Source: Scyliorhinus canicula
Taxonomy: Eukaryota
Reading direction: 5' to 3'
Assembly (NCBI RefSeq): GCF_902713615.1
Contig: NC_052153.1
Span: forward strand, 9,683,569-9,747,568
DNA: 64,000 bases
The notes under the pieces are model-generated. The model did not search any database. It saw nothing but the letters and a program-made list of their open reading frames with translations, and had not been told where the DNA came from. Position 1 is the first letter of the stretch, and the number at the start of each line of letters is the position of its first letter. This document shows positions 34,896-49,452 of the stretch, piece by piece. Position numbers and translations under genes: made by a program.

Positions 34896-35240
34896 GACAG
34901 CACGGTGGCATAGTGGTTAGCACAGTTGCTTCACAGCTCCAGGGTCCCAGGTTCGATTCCCGGCTTGGGTCACTGTCTGTGCGGAGTCTGCACGTTCTCC
35001 CCGTGTGTGCGTGGTTTTCCTCTAGGTGCTCCAATTTCCTCCCATAGTCCAAAGATGTGCAGGTTAGGTGGATTGGCCATTCTAAATTGCCCCTAGTGTC
35101 CAAAAAAGTTCAGTGGGGTGCTGGGTTACGGGGATAAAGGGGGATAGGGTGGAGGCGTGGGGCTTAAGTAGGGTGCTCTTTCCAAGGGTCGGTGCAGACT
35201 TGATGGGCTGAATGGCCTCCTTCTACACTGTAAATTCTAT
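34896..35240 (+). mobile_element. HE1-like V-SINE with CR1-type tail
   Basis: Homologous to 1399-1750. Confidence 0.85.
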
Positions 35241-35388
35241 CTCAGAATCCATTGAACTGGAGTGGAAGCAAGTCCGCCTCGATCCTGAGGGGACTGCCTG
35301 TGACGAGACGTAGGAACGTACAACACTGAAACCAGGCCATTCAGCCCAACTAGTCCATTTTGGTGCCTATGCTGCACATGATAACTAG

Positions 35389-35588
35389 GATGTGGAGATG
35401 CCGGCGTTGGACTGGGGTGAGCACAGTAAGAAGTCTTCCAACACCAGGTTAAAGTCCAACAGGTTTGTTTCAAACACTAGCTTTCGTTGCGCAGCTCCTT
35501 ATTCACCTGAGGAAGGAGCAGTGCTCCGAAAGCTGGTGTTTGAAAACAAACATGTTGGACTTTCACCTGGTGTTGTAAGACTTCTTAC
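35389..35588. mobile_element. Second fold-back Penelope pseudo-LTR
   Basis: Inverted arms; 12-bp TSD CATGATAACTAG (35377-35388, 35589-35600); hammerhead motif 35504-35538 with a non-cleavable CUG triplet. Confidence 0.82.
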
Positions 35589-35928
35589 CATGATAACTAG
35601 AGTACTGAATCCAGTCCTTTTGGAAGGGTGTGAGTGCCTGCGAGAGGGTGCAGAGCAGATTTATCCGAATGGCTGGAAGAGTGAGGGGATTTAGTGACAA
35701 GGTTTGGTTGGAGAAACTGGGGTTATTCTCCTTGGAGCGGAGGCGATTGAGGGGAGATTTGATAGAGCTGTGATAAGATATGATTGCGACAAGTGTGGCT
35801 TGGAGGGGAGCCTCCAGGTGATGGTGTTCCCAGATGTCTGCTGCCCTTGTCCTTCTAGATGTAGCGGCTTTGGCTCTTGAAGGTGCTGCCTAAGGATGGG
35901 AGAAATGGCTTTTTTACGTCATAATGAC

Positions 35929-36865
35929 TGTTGCTCGTTCTGGGTGAGTGTGCTTCACACTCAATTTGGCTCTGTTTCGTTACTTCGTTCTGGAGTCGCC
36001 AGGTATCATTAAGATACCGCCACAAGTTTCAAGGTCAAATTCAAAGCAATAAAACCATACACCAATTAGTAAGTTCAAACAAATGAGTTTATTATAATAC
36101 AATTATAAACTACTCATGCACACGCTAAGATGACTAAACTATTCCTACCACTAGATAAATCAATACTTATCTTAAAAGGAACTGCCGGATCAGGGGACAA
36201 GGCCTCTTGCTCTGCACTGGGTCCGCAGACTTCAGGTTGGTGCGGGTTAAAAAAGGGGTCAGGAGTGTCTATCTCTGGTAGCGATCGTTGTGAGACACTT
36301 ACTTGCTGGCGGCTGCTGTCCCAAACCTCTCCTCTCTCTCGGTCAAGGTCTTCTTCGGTAAAAGCTGGTCGAGAGGGCTGGTCAAGAGAGGAGGGCTGGT
36401 CAAGAAGAACGAACTGAGTTTGGGACCTGTCTTTTATAGGTCCTAGGGCTTCGCGCCCTTTTTGGCGGACCCTCTATCTGCTGGGGATCGACTGGGTCTC
36501 TTCCCAATCGATTTGTTTGAATCCCCCCAATACTGAGGCTGTCCCTCGGCTACTGGGCGGGCCTTCAGGTGTTTTGTTTTCGAACCCCGCTGGTGCCGGG
36601 GTGTCTGGTTTCCCATACACTGTTGCAATCACGTCCCTATTTGTGTCCATTGCCCCTGGGATCGTTCCCTTACCATGTTAACTGTCCCGGAGATTGCCTC
36701 ATTAGTATGCGGAATGTTCGTTTCGGTGCTGTCTGCTCTCTTAGCAGACAGAATACACATTGGCTTTTTGCAGCCTGCTTGTGCTGCAAACTTTGTCCAT
36801 TTTACCCTGCAAGCTTTGCGTTCCTCCATTTTGTATTGAGGGAATGGCCAACTTCGGTGGTTACA
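35929..36865 (-). mobile_element. Solo LTR (937 bp)
   Basis: TG...CA termini, 4-bp TSD TGAC; minus-strand TATAAAA 36438-36432 and AATAAA 36093-36088. Confidence 0.8.
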
Positions 36866-37259
36866 TGACCTGGAACCTGCTGCTTACCAAGGGTGGTGGA
36901 AATAGAGATGGTCAATGATTGCAAAAGGATATTGGATGGGAACCTGAGGGAGATAAACAGGCTATGAGGTGGGGGAATGGGACTGACCGGATTGTCTAGC
37001 GAGCCGGTATAGATTAATGGGCTAAATGCCTTCTTTTGTGCCATAATAACTCTATGGCTCTCTGAACTTCCTCCCTCCCCTCTTTATCTCACCCTCTTCT
37101 CACATCCTTCCATTTCTTTCTCCCAAATGCACTCATGTATTCTCAACATAGAAACAGGAGAAGGCCATTTGCCAAAGTGTGTTCGAAACAGATATATCAG
37201 GATGGTGACCAAATGCTTGATCAAAAAAAAGGAGTGACTCAAAGGGAGCTTTAAGGAGG

Positions 37260-37700
37260 GATTTCCACACTTTAATACATAGGACGCCCCAAAGAAATTA
37301 AGCACTTTTTGAAGTGTTTGTAACATAGGAAGTGTTGCAGTCCATTTAAGCCTGGCAAAGCTCCCACAAACAGCAATGTAATAATGACCAGATCATTTTG
37401 TACAGTAATTTGATTGAGCAATGAATATTAGCCAACATATCAGGCAGCACTCCCCTGCTAATCTTCGGCATGATGCCATGGGATCTTTTCCATCCCACTC
37501 AAGAGGACAGACGGCGTTTTGGTTTCAACATCTCATCTGAAAGGCGGCACCTCTGACCGTGCAACTCTCCCTTGGTACAGCAATGGTGGTGTTGGCCTGG
37601 ATTCTCTTTCGTGGTCAGGTCTCTGGCGTGGGGTGGGTGGGGGGGTTTGATCCCACAACCTCCTGACTCGAAGGCATGAGTGTCACCCACTGACAGTGAA
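37260..37700 (-). mobile_element. DeuSINE / SacSINE1-like element
   Basis: Minus-strand GAGGTGCCGCCTTTCAGATGAGATG Deu-domain-like core, recognised from memory; boundaries approximate. Confidence 0.55.
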
Positions 37701-37924
37701 AAAGAAGCTTTGGTCCAATTCATTCACCATTTGGGGAAACAAGATAAATTGAAATAAAATCGATTAGGATTCAATGGTAAAAGAGGAGGAAATTGATAAA
37801 TGTGTGAGTGGAGGCAAGAACTGGGGGGATTTGTTGCGGGGGGGTGGGTGCTGGGGAAGAGGAAATGGGATGGTTCATTCAAAGAGCTAGCATGGACAAG
37901 AGGGGCTGAATGGCCTCACCCATG

Positions 37925-38492
<568 letters not shown>

Positions 38493-39444
38493 TAGGAGGG
38501 GGCACCTGTGTGGGTGTGCAGGGCGGAGGGGGCACCTATGGGGCAGAAGGGTCATTTGAGGTCATGAGTGATTGTGGCTATGTTGTGAGGTGTGCAGTGG
38601 GGATTATGTTGAGTATCCATTTGGGGGCGAGTGTGGAAGGGTATCCTGAGGGTGAGGGTGCTGCCTGAGGGGTGATTGGGGTTGGCACACTGCAGCCTGA
38701 CACTTGGTGTTTGCTGATGGTGCTTGTATGCAGATGTCAGCTACTGGCAAATGAAAACATGCATCTCTGGTTACTGTGATAGTTAATTTTAAAACATCCA
38801 GTCTGTAATAGCTGGTTGACAAACTGCTTTGGTTTGCATGGAAGATTTGGCAACTTGTCACTTCAACTTGTTCCTCAGTTTCTCCTTCCCAACTGTCTAA
38901 TACACTCGAAAGTATTTTGCTTCGGGGTTAATTGCTAACCTTATTTCCAGAGGTATAATTTGTGGAATCACTGTTAAAAGTATGGAATTATATGTTTAAA
39001 TCTCTTGTTCATGTTAATCTTTTGGAAGTAATTCCGATACAGATAGCTGTTAACGGTTCTGGTGAGGTTGGCTGAGGGATAAATGGTAAACCAGGCCCTG
39101 AGTCCATGTTGTTTTTGAATACAGCCCTGGGATCTTGTACATCCACCTGAATAAGCCAGCAGGACCTCTAACACTGTAGTTCTGCTTTTTAGAATAGTGA
39201 AAGGATAGCCTAGATAATTATGCAAGGTTTGGAGCATGGCTAAAATTTGCAGCTTCCTCACTTTAAAAACCTGTGTCAGCAGAAACTGGAATTCAAACAT
39301 GGGACCTTTCTAATTCCTTTGGTTCTCCTACTCATTATATGAACATGATTGTCAGTCTTTTATATTTTTTCCTAATGTAGAGAACAAATCTTTTGTCATG
39401 AATAATTTTAAATTTCCAGTTTGAGAGTTGAGGGCGGGCAGTGA

Positions 39445-40320
39445 TAGATAGGAACAGGAGGAGGCCATTCAGCCCGTTGAGCCTGCTCCGCCATTCAACA
39501 CAATCACGGCTGATTGGACATTTCAATGCCTTTTACACCCACTATCCCCAGAGCCCTTTTAAGTTATTGTTGATCAGAAATCCATCAATCTCTGTAAGAA
39601 ACCCACTCGGTGTCTGAGCTTCCACAGCCTCTAGGATAGAGAATTCCAGAGATTCACAGCCCTCGAGAGTGAAGACATTCTCCTCACCTTGGTCCTAAGT
39701 GGCAATTCCCTTATTTCAAAATTGGGCCCTTGGTACTAGACCCTTCAACCAAGGGACTCATCTTACCTGTGTCGACCCTGTCTATCCTCTTTAAGTATTT
39801 TGCGGGTTTCAATGAGATCACCTCTCATTCTTTGAAACTGTAGAGAATACAGGCTCAGTTTGCCCAATCACTTTCATAAGTCAGTCCCATTATCTCCGGA
39901 ACAAGCCTGGCGAAACTTTGTTGCACTTCCATCTGTGGTAATATCCTTTCTGAGGCAAGGGGAACAGTACTTCAGGAGGGGTCTAAGCTCCTCTACAATT
40001 GCAGCAAGACTTCACCACTCCTGTTCTCAAACCCTCTTGTGATAAAGGCAAACATTCCATTAGCCTTCCTAATAGCTTGCTGCACCTGCACATTAGCCTT
40101 CAGTGATTTATGCAAAGGGGCACCCAGGTCCCTGTGTACATCTATGCTTTCTAATTTCTTACCATTGAGGGAATACTCCACATCTGTTACTTCTAAGTGG
40201 ATTACCTCTCAGTTTTCCTTCTGTCCTGTTCTTGCCTGCTCCCTAAGTCTGTCCAAATCCTCCTGAAGCTGCTTTATATCTTCCTCGCAACACATCTTTC
40301 TGCCGAACATTGTGTAATCT
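39445..40320 (-). mobile_element. Decayed CR1 3' fragment
   Basis: LNGKKLE...RDLG..HKSLK..QVQQAIRKANGM; CR1 tail near 39450-39500. Confidence 0.78.
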
Positions 40321-42634
40321 TGGACTGGTTTACCTCACTTGGCTAGACATGGTGCAGAGCAAGGCCAGCAGCGTGGGTTCAATTCCGTACTGGCTGAGGT
40401 TATTCATGAGTGGCCGCCATCTCAATCTTGCCTGAGGTGTGGTGATCCTCGGGTTAAATCACCACCAGTCAGCTCTCCCCCTCAAAGGGAAAAGCAGACT
40501 ATGGTCATCTAGGACTGTGGGAACTTTACCGTACGTTATAATCTTGGAAAAATTACATTTGGTCCCCGTATCCAAATCAAGACCCAATTATTGATCCTTA
40601 CAGTACTACGCTATCCACAGGCTGCCAATGCAAGAATGGCCTGTTTATTTCTACTGTTTTCTGCTTGTTGGCCAATCCTTGGAAATGGAATGCTACCTAT
40701 TGCTGAAGATGTAAAAGCAGGTCCTTATTAAGCACCGCTGGAGTGCATTTAGATTTATTGTCACTTGTACCGAGGTACAGTGAGAAGTATTGTGCGTGCA
40801 GTCCAGGCATACATGAAAAACATAGGACATATGATAAATACACAATGTAAATACATAGAAATAGACATTGGGTGAAGCATAACGGAGTGTAATGCTACAC
40901 AATACAGAGGATGCGTGGTGTTCAGTCCCTAAGAGGGTCATTCAGGAGTCTGGTAACAGTGGGAAAGAAGCTGTTTTTGTATCTGTTTGTGCATTTTCTC
41001 AGGCTTTTGTAAGTAAATCTGTATGAAAGAATATGATTAATTACTGAAGTTCCATTTACATATAGGCTGTAGAAGGGTCTCAAAGACTGGTCCAAAGGCT
41101 TTTGGTGCTTGGGAGTAGCCTACTAATCTAGAAAGCCTGACTGGAATAGCAGTAACAAACATTGCCCATTATATGTATGCGTTGAGAAATTAATTATCAA
41201 CTACTGATCCAGGCAGAAGGTTTCTCGGTACTTTCATCAGCAAGACTGTTTAAGTTTGACTTAATTGCAGTTAATAACTCTTTGATGAGAGAGGCTTGTA
41301 CTCTGCCCTCATTTCAATTAAGTGTGTTACATTTGGTATATGTAATGCACTTTTTATTCTTTCACAATGTTACGGGTCCTTCTTGTTCCCTTATTTTCCC
41401 CTTTTTATTTTTGCAGTTACATTTTTGCTCCATAGATGATTTGAAGTCAAACCACAAGCTGAAAGCAAGGTTTGATGGGAAATGAAGTGTCTCTCTAGAA
41501 AGACATAGGCCTGAAGGCGAACCTCGAGCCAAGGCCCAGTTTGATGAGAAATGAGATGTTTCTCCAGGCTGCCTGAGAGTACTGTATTTTCTAGCCTCTG
41601 GGGACCCTGAATGAATGACTACAAACACTGGCTAGAAATCTGAGTCTTTAGCATGTTATGAAGATAGTGTGCTAAAGAACTACCATCTAAAGACTCATAC
41701 TGTATATCTTTTGACCTTCAACCTTATTGTTTTTTTACTCCTTTCCACCCCTCTGTGTTTGCCTGTCTTGTGTGTGTCAGTAACAGTGGAACAGTTAAAG
41801 GGGGTAGTCGGTATTAGCTTGTTACCAGTTGTATTTACTGCATAATTTCATGATAATTCTTGGTATGAATAAACAGTAATTGTGTTTAAACTTACAATTA
41901 TTGGGCAGCCAAGGGCCAAAGACTTTGGGTATTTTTATAAGAATTATTGGTTAATTCACTTGTGTTGTGACTCTGGGGCACTAGCCAACGGTGTCATAAC
42001 AACGGGAAGAGGGCATCGCTGGCTAGGCCAGGATTGTCATTGTCCATTCCTAAAGGGTACGGCCACACTGCTGTTAGGAAGGGGGGTTTCCAGGGCCATG
42101 GAGGGAACTTGCAGGTAATGGTGTTCCTATGCATCTGCTGCCCTTGTTCTAGTTGGTAGAGGTTGCAGGTTTGGAAGGTGCTGTTGAAGGAGCCTTGGTG
42201 AGCTGCTGCAGCGCATGTTGTAGATGGTGCAATGGCTGCCACTGTGCATTGATGGTGGAGGGAGTGAATGTTGGAGATGATGGATGGGGTGCCAATCAAG
42301 CAGACTGCTTTGTCCTGGATGGTGTTGAGCTTCGTGAATGTTGGAACCATACTCATCCAGGCAAATGGAGAGTATTCCATCGCACTCCCAAAGTACTCCT
42401 TGAGTAGATTTGAGAGTGTTGAGTAGATTTGAGAGTGTAAGTGAGGAACCCTTGTATAACAAGAATTGCAGGTTTCTACATGTGGTATTTTTGATACTCT
42501 CCCTGTTTATAATTAGAGAATTATCAATAGAAATTATTGAAATGTATGCTGTTACAAACTGATCAGAAGTACTGTCCAGCTTTATACATGAGCTGAGAAT
42601 TATTACGTAGTTAGTAATTGCCATTTGTTTTTAA

Positions 42635-43077
<443 letters not shown>

Positions 43078-43523
43078 AGGAAAGACTATTTGAATGTTGA
43101 GTGACAGTTCCAGGAAGCTGCCGAGTATCTACATCAACAGGCTGGATAACAGTTCCTAGTCAGTAAACCTTATCTCTGCTGACATAATCTTATTCATATG
43201 TTCTCTTGTTAATTTGGTTCCTCCGTTACGGGACTGACCTGGTATTCCACTGTCAACTATATTTGCTGTAGGATTTATCAGATAGCACAAGTGATCTAAC
43301 TGGAAAATAGTTATAAATTACTTGAAAAATTAAACTTTTGATTCCTGCTGAGGGACTGGTGGAGCTGGATTTATTCACTTTGAAGCAGAGAAAGTTGAGG
43401 GAAGATTTGAAAGCAATGCTTAAAATTAACAATTCCGGTGGAGAAACAATGTTTCCATTGGCGGGAGAATCAGTAACCAGAGGTGATAGATTTAAGATGA
43501 TTGGCAAACAATCCAGGGAAGAA

Positions 43524-44122
43524 TCTCTTCCTGTTCACGGATTAGTCTGATACAGTTTAAGGTAGTGCACAGGGTGCAGATGACTCAGGCGAGAATGAGT
43601 GGGTTCTTCCAGATAAGAGGTTTGGGGGAGGGACAGCGAATCAAACGCACATGTTTTGGGGTTGCAAAAAATTGGGAAGATTCTGCGTGGGACTGTTCGC
43701 AGTCTTAGCTAGGCTAGTGGAGGAGGAAGTGGGCCCGGACCCTTTGGTGGCGATATTTGGGGTTTTGGAGAAGGAGTCCATGGACAGGAGGAAGGCCGAT
43801 GTCGTGGCCTTCGCCTCCCTGATTGCATGGCGACAAATTTTGGTGGTCGGCATCACCACCAGGGGTAGCGGCTTGGTTGGGTGACCTGCATGACTTCCTG
43901 CGGTTGGAGAAGATAAAATGAGTTAAGGGGTTCTGCAGAGGGGTTTGAGAAAAGGTGAGGGATGTTTGTGACTGTTTGAGGAGTCGTTCGTCACAGGGGC
44001 CGGGGGGACGACGCTTTGTGCAGGCTGTATAGTTGATTGCTGGGAAGTATGTTTCCCGGGATATTTGTAACCTGTTGTAACCTGTTTTGATACATGTTTG
44101 TAATAAAATACATTTTAAAATA
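43524..44122 (+). mobile_element. L1-like 3' fragment inserted in a decayed CR1 3' end
   Basis: HMFWGC zinc-knuckle remnant, VVAFASLIA; 19-bp TSD CAAACAATCCAGGGAAGAA at 43505-43523 and 44123-44141. Confidence 0.82.
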
Positions 44123-44948
44123 CAAACAATCCAGGGAAGAAAATAAGAATTGTTTTACGATCGGGAATGCCCGGTCTGAAAAAGTGGTGGAAGCTGGTTC
44201 AATAGTAACTCCCAAAAGGTGATTAACTATGGACTTGGGAGAAATTTACAGGGCTTTGAGGAAAGAGCAGGGGAGTGGGACTCTCCTTCAAAGAGCTCTG
44301 TCAGACAGAATGATGGCCTGCTGAGATATTGTTCCAGGGACTGAATGGTAGACATGGGAGGGGGGAAATGGTATGTTCTGATACCTCAGCTCTGTTATAA
44401 TATTCAGAGCAATTACACTATGCTTTGTATCTAGAAAGTTTACATTGTTTCAGCTTTTATGGCAGTTGGTGTCAATGCCTTACAATTGTTACGATACAGA
44501 CTAGCAGCCCAGAGGTATTGAGTTCAGATCCCATCATTAATTTAAAAACGGGAAAGAATGACTAGTTAGTGACCTGGTCGGATATGCTCATGTCCTTCAA
44601 GGAAAGGAATTTGGCATCCCTGTCTGGTGTGTTCTACGTGTGACCCCAGTCACACACCAGTGGTGGTTGACTCTTAATGCCCTTAAAATGACCCTTCAAA
44701 TTGCTCTGTTTTAATGACACAAATCCATAAAAATTAGGAACTGGAATAGTCCATTCACCCCTTTGAGCCTGCTCTGCCGTTTTATAAGATCATAGCTGAT
44801 CTGACACTTCCCTGCTTTCTCCCCATAATCTTAATTCCCCGACTAATTAAAAAACCTAATATGTCGATATGTAGAAGGTCCAACACTTAATGAGGAATGC
44901 AATGGGGGTTTAATTCGAAGAAATTGTATTACTACTGAAAGCAGGTAG

Positions 44949-45617
<669 letters not shown>

Positions 45618-45867
45618 TGAAAACCCTGGTCTTGAAGAATGTGGAAGTACTGTAATGGACGTAACTCTCAGTCTCAGATATTTGTCGCATTATGCCTGAT
45701 ACACCTAAACACACAACGACAAAAAATTAAATCAAAGGATAATGCACACTGACAAGTGCAAAATTTAGACAGGCACCTAGTTTTAGAAGCTTTGTCACCT
45801 CCTACAAAGGTGTTATCAAACTGAACAATATTTTGTCATTGTTCACGGTTATAAGTTGTTGCTGGAG

Positions 45868-46047
45868 GGGCGGCAAGGTGGCGCAGTGATTAGCGCTGCT
45901 GCCTCATGGCACCGAGGACCCGGGTTTGATCCCGACCCTGGGTCACTGGAGTTTCTACCTTCGCCACGTGTCTGCATGTGTATCAGGGATGTGCAGGGTA
46001 GGTGGATTGGCCACGCTAAATTGCCCCTTAATGGGAAAAATAAATAA
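45868..46047 (+). mobile_element. Short V-SINE, internally deleted
   Basis: A/B boxes and family tail. Confidence 0.75.
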
Positions 46048-46663
46048 ATTGTTGTTGGCATAGATTTTATATTGGGGAAAATAGCTGGTTCCATGGATTC
46101 CCTGAAAAAATTCATCTCGTACATGTTTGTTTTCTTATTACTTTTCCTTCACCCTGAACTTGTTGACTCCTCTGCTGAGGCGCAGTCAGTGGGTGACAGT
46201 TGCCTCAAGTGACCATTGGTAGTGACTGTCAATGCGCTGCTCAGCGTTACCAGAGGAATACAGATTCAAAGCTGCTGGAAATGCTCAGACGATCTGGCAG
46301 CAAATGTGAAGAGCGAAGCAGTTTCTGGTCGATGACATTTCTTCAGAACATAGATGAGAAGTTTCTCAGCCACGTCCCATTGAATGATGGAACAATGTTG
46401 AGGGGCTGAATGGCCTACCCATGTTCCTAGGGGTACTGCGTCCAAATCTGATCTGATCCTATTCTTCCACAACCATCCCATATGCATGCACTTCAGGCAG
46501 GGTTCACTGGATTCTGCTTCAGTGAGATCCCTTGTTAACTTTGCCCCCTTGTAACCTAACTACTCAGTTGTAATGCTTATGGACCTTAGAGCAATTGGCT
46601 AACTCGAGCATGAGCCAAAGATCAACCATGGCACACCTTACTCCCACTGGATCAGCCCACTGA

Positions 46664-46837
<174 letters not shown>

Positions 46838-49124
46838 ATACCTCTGCCTTACACCAGTGTTTACAGAAAATGTCTTTTTATACAATAAAAACCTATTTTG
46901 ATAATGGAATATAAATATAATTGATCTAAACTCAGGATTCAGTTTATACAAAACAATTGCAGCCCTATTACCATTTAGATTCATCCCTCCCAAAAAGATG
47001 CATGCTCAGATATTATCAGAAATGATATTTAATGGAACGTGACTACATTATTTCCATTATTCAAATTATATTTTTTGAACTGGAAGGACTAAAGTTGACC
47101 AATTTTTACAATTTTGGTTGCTTATTCATTTTATATATAAATATATTAATATATAGGTGAGATGGAAATTGCATTGACAAAGGTTAGCCAACTGTAGCAT
47201 TTATGGTTGTAAATTAAAATGTCATAGAAATAAAAGTTAAAATGTGAGATTTGATCATTTAATGGTTATTTGGCTTTCTCAGGATGTTAAATCTTGGCTG
47301 GTCCAGACCAACTGGCAGGAGCTTAGTTAGAGCCAGTATTATATATTAGATAGAATCTACAGGAGCCTTGTGAACACAGACTCTGGTTACAGTTTGCATT
47401 AATGGTATTTATTGCTTGCACCCCCCCCCCCCCCCCTCCCCCCTCTTTGTACACCCTTCGCTTCTGGATGCACTAATTTTACCATCATTAGTTCTCTTAA
47501 AAAATCTCTGATTTGCTTCGCAAGTCTCAATTCTTGTAGCTGATCAGCCAAATACTAAAAGTTGGTGTATTTCTTTTGGACAGCTCGGTTCTCTGAACAT
47601 GTCCTCTTAAGGACTTGACAACATCCATCAAATTAGCCAATATCCACTGTTGCTGCCGACTCTCAAGATAGAGCTGTTAAAATAACTACTTTACTTACTG
47701 TGTCCTTAAGGTCTCTTCCCAGCTATTGCAGTACTTTAAAGGGGATCTTCATTTTGCCATTTATGTTCATTGCCGCAATTTGGATTTTAAAAAACGTATT
47801 TAGCATTGTTTCAAATTAATGAAATCAATCTGGACATTAATATGGGGCTGAGTACCTTAGTGCCAAGTAGCTGTCAGTATGTAGACGAAAGTCCAAGCAT
47901 AGATGATCTTTATGAAACACAGGCAAGATTGAACCTGTGTTGCACTAAGTTGGTGCCTCCGATTCAGCATGCAGTGACAGATACAGAACCCTGGTATAGC
48001 TAATCTCTGGTGACCACAAGCTAGTTTGCTAGAAAATGTTAATTGAGAAGCAGAATACTGCGGTTGCTGGAAATCTGAAATAAAAATGAAAAATGCTGGA
48101 AATACTCAGAAGGTCAGGCAGCATCTGTGGAGAGAGAGAATGAGTTTCTCCACAGATGCTTCCAGCATTTTATATTAGAGAATGTTGATGGTTTTATTAA
48201 AATGTGTATATCATGCAGTGAATCGTGACCATGTATCTCAACTAAATGCTTAGGCCAGGACCGTTTTTGCACACTTGGGTCTATTAGTATTAGACTAACA
48301 TGAAGCCGATAATATAATTTTATTTAAGGTTTGGTCTTACAATATGCATCTTCCTTAGCTGTCCACCCCAAATCTAATACCTTAGACAAGCACAAAAACT
48401 TCTCCAGTTGTAAGTAACTTGTTGAAATATTCTTCATCGTGGCTTTGCAATGAGATACTGAAGCAAAGTCCCCTAATTTCTAAGCTTTTTGAGGCATAAC
48501 ATATGCACAAAAATATTTAGAAGCATGCATTAATAAGATAAAACACAACCGACCATTTAGAATGTTATCAATGCCATTGACAGATCACTCACTGTAGACT
48601 TGGGCAAACCCATTGAGAGTGGCAGGCAACAGTTCCTATTCGGCAGCAGACAATGAAAGATGGCGGACTTGTGATACCAATCAATTTGACAATACCTAAT
48701 TGGGGAAGGGGTGTTTGCATTATATGTTAGGTGAATGCAGTTTTGCTTCACTAGCTTACAAGTACCACTTAAAGCCACTTTCATTGGAAAACCGGAACTA
48801 GGATTTTGTTTTGGACGTAGAACACATAAAACATCACTTGCAGTTCACAAAGTTTTATAGTGAGAATAAAGTTCTCAAGCGAAGTCGACCTGAACTCTGG
48901 GAATTTATTGCTGCAAAGACTTGCATCCATGTGAATGAAATATCTGAAGACAATTCACAGGAAAAAGGAACACTAGCATTTATATGGTGCCTTTCATGAA
49001 AGCTATGACCAAATATATTTTACGGCCAATTAAGTATTTTGGGAGTGTAGTCACTGTTACAGTATGGGAGGTGCAGAGCAAGCGCCCACAAAACATTGTG
49101 ATAATGACCAAAATCCTTTTTGTT

Positions 49125-49452
49125 TTGGATTTGTTTTGTTTGTGTTTTATTGTCACATGTACTGAGGTCCAGTGAAAAGTATTGTTCTGAGTACAGCCCA
49201 GACAGATCGTTCCATACATGAAAAAAAAACAGAATACGTCAATACGCAATGTAAATACATAGACACAGGCATCGGGTGAAGCATACAGGAGTGCAGAACT
49301 ACTCAGTAGAGAAGATGCGTGAAGAGATCAGGTCAGTCCATAAGAGGGTCATTCAGGAGTCTGGTAACAGCAGGGAAGAAGCTGTTTTTGAATCTGTTAG
49401 TGCGTGTTCTCAGACTTTTGTATCTCCTGCCCGATGGAAACAGTTGGAAGAG
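49125..49452 (-). mobile_element. Rex1/Babar-like LINE 3' end (further copies near 40750-41010 and 61125-61352)
   Basis: NRFKNSFFPAVTRLLN C-terminus; tail GTGACAATAAA plus short repeat. Confidence 0.7.
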
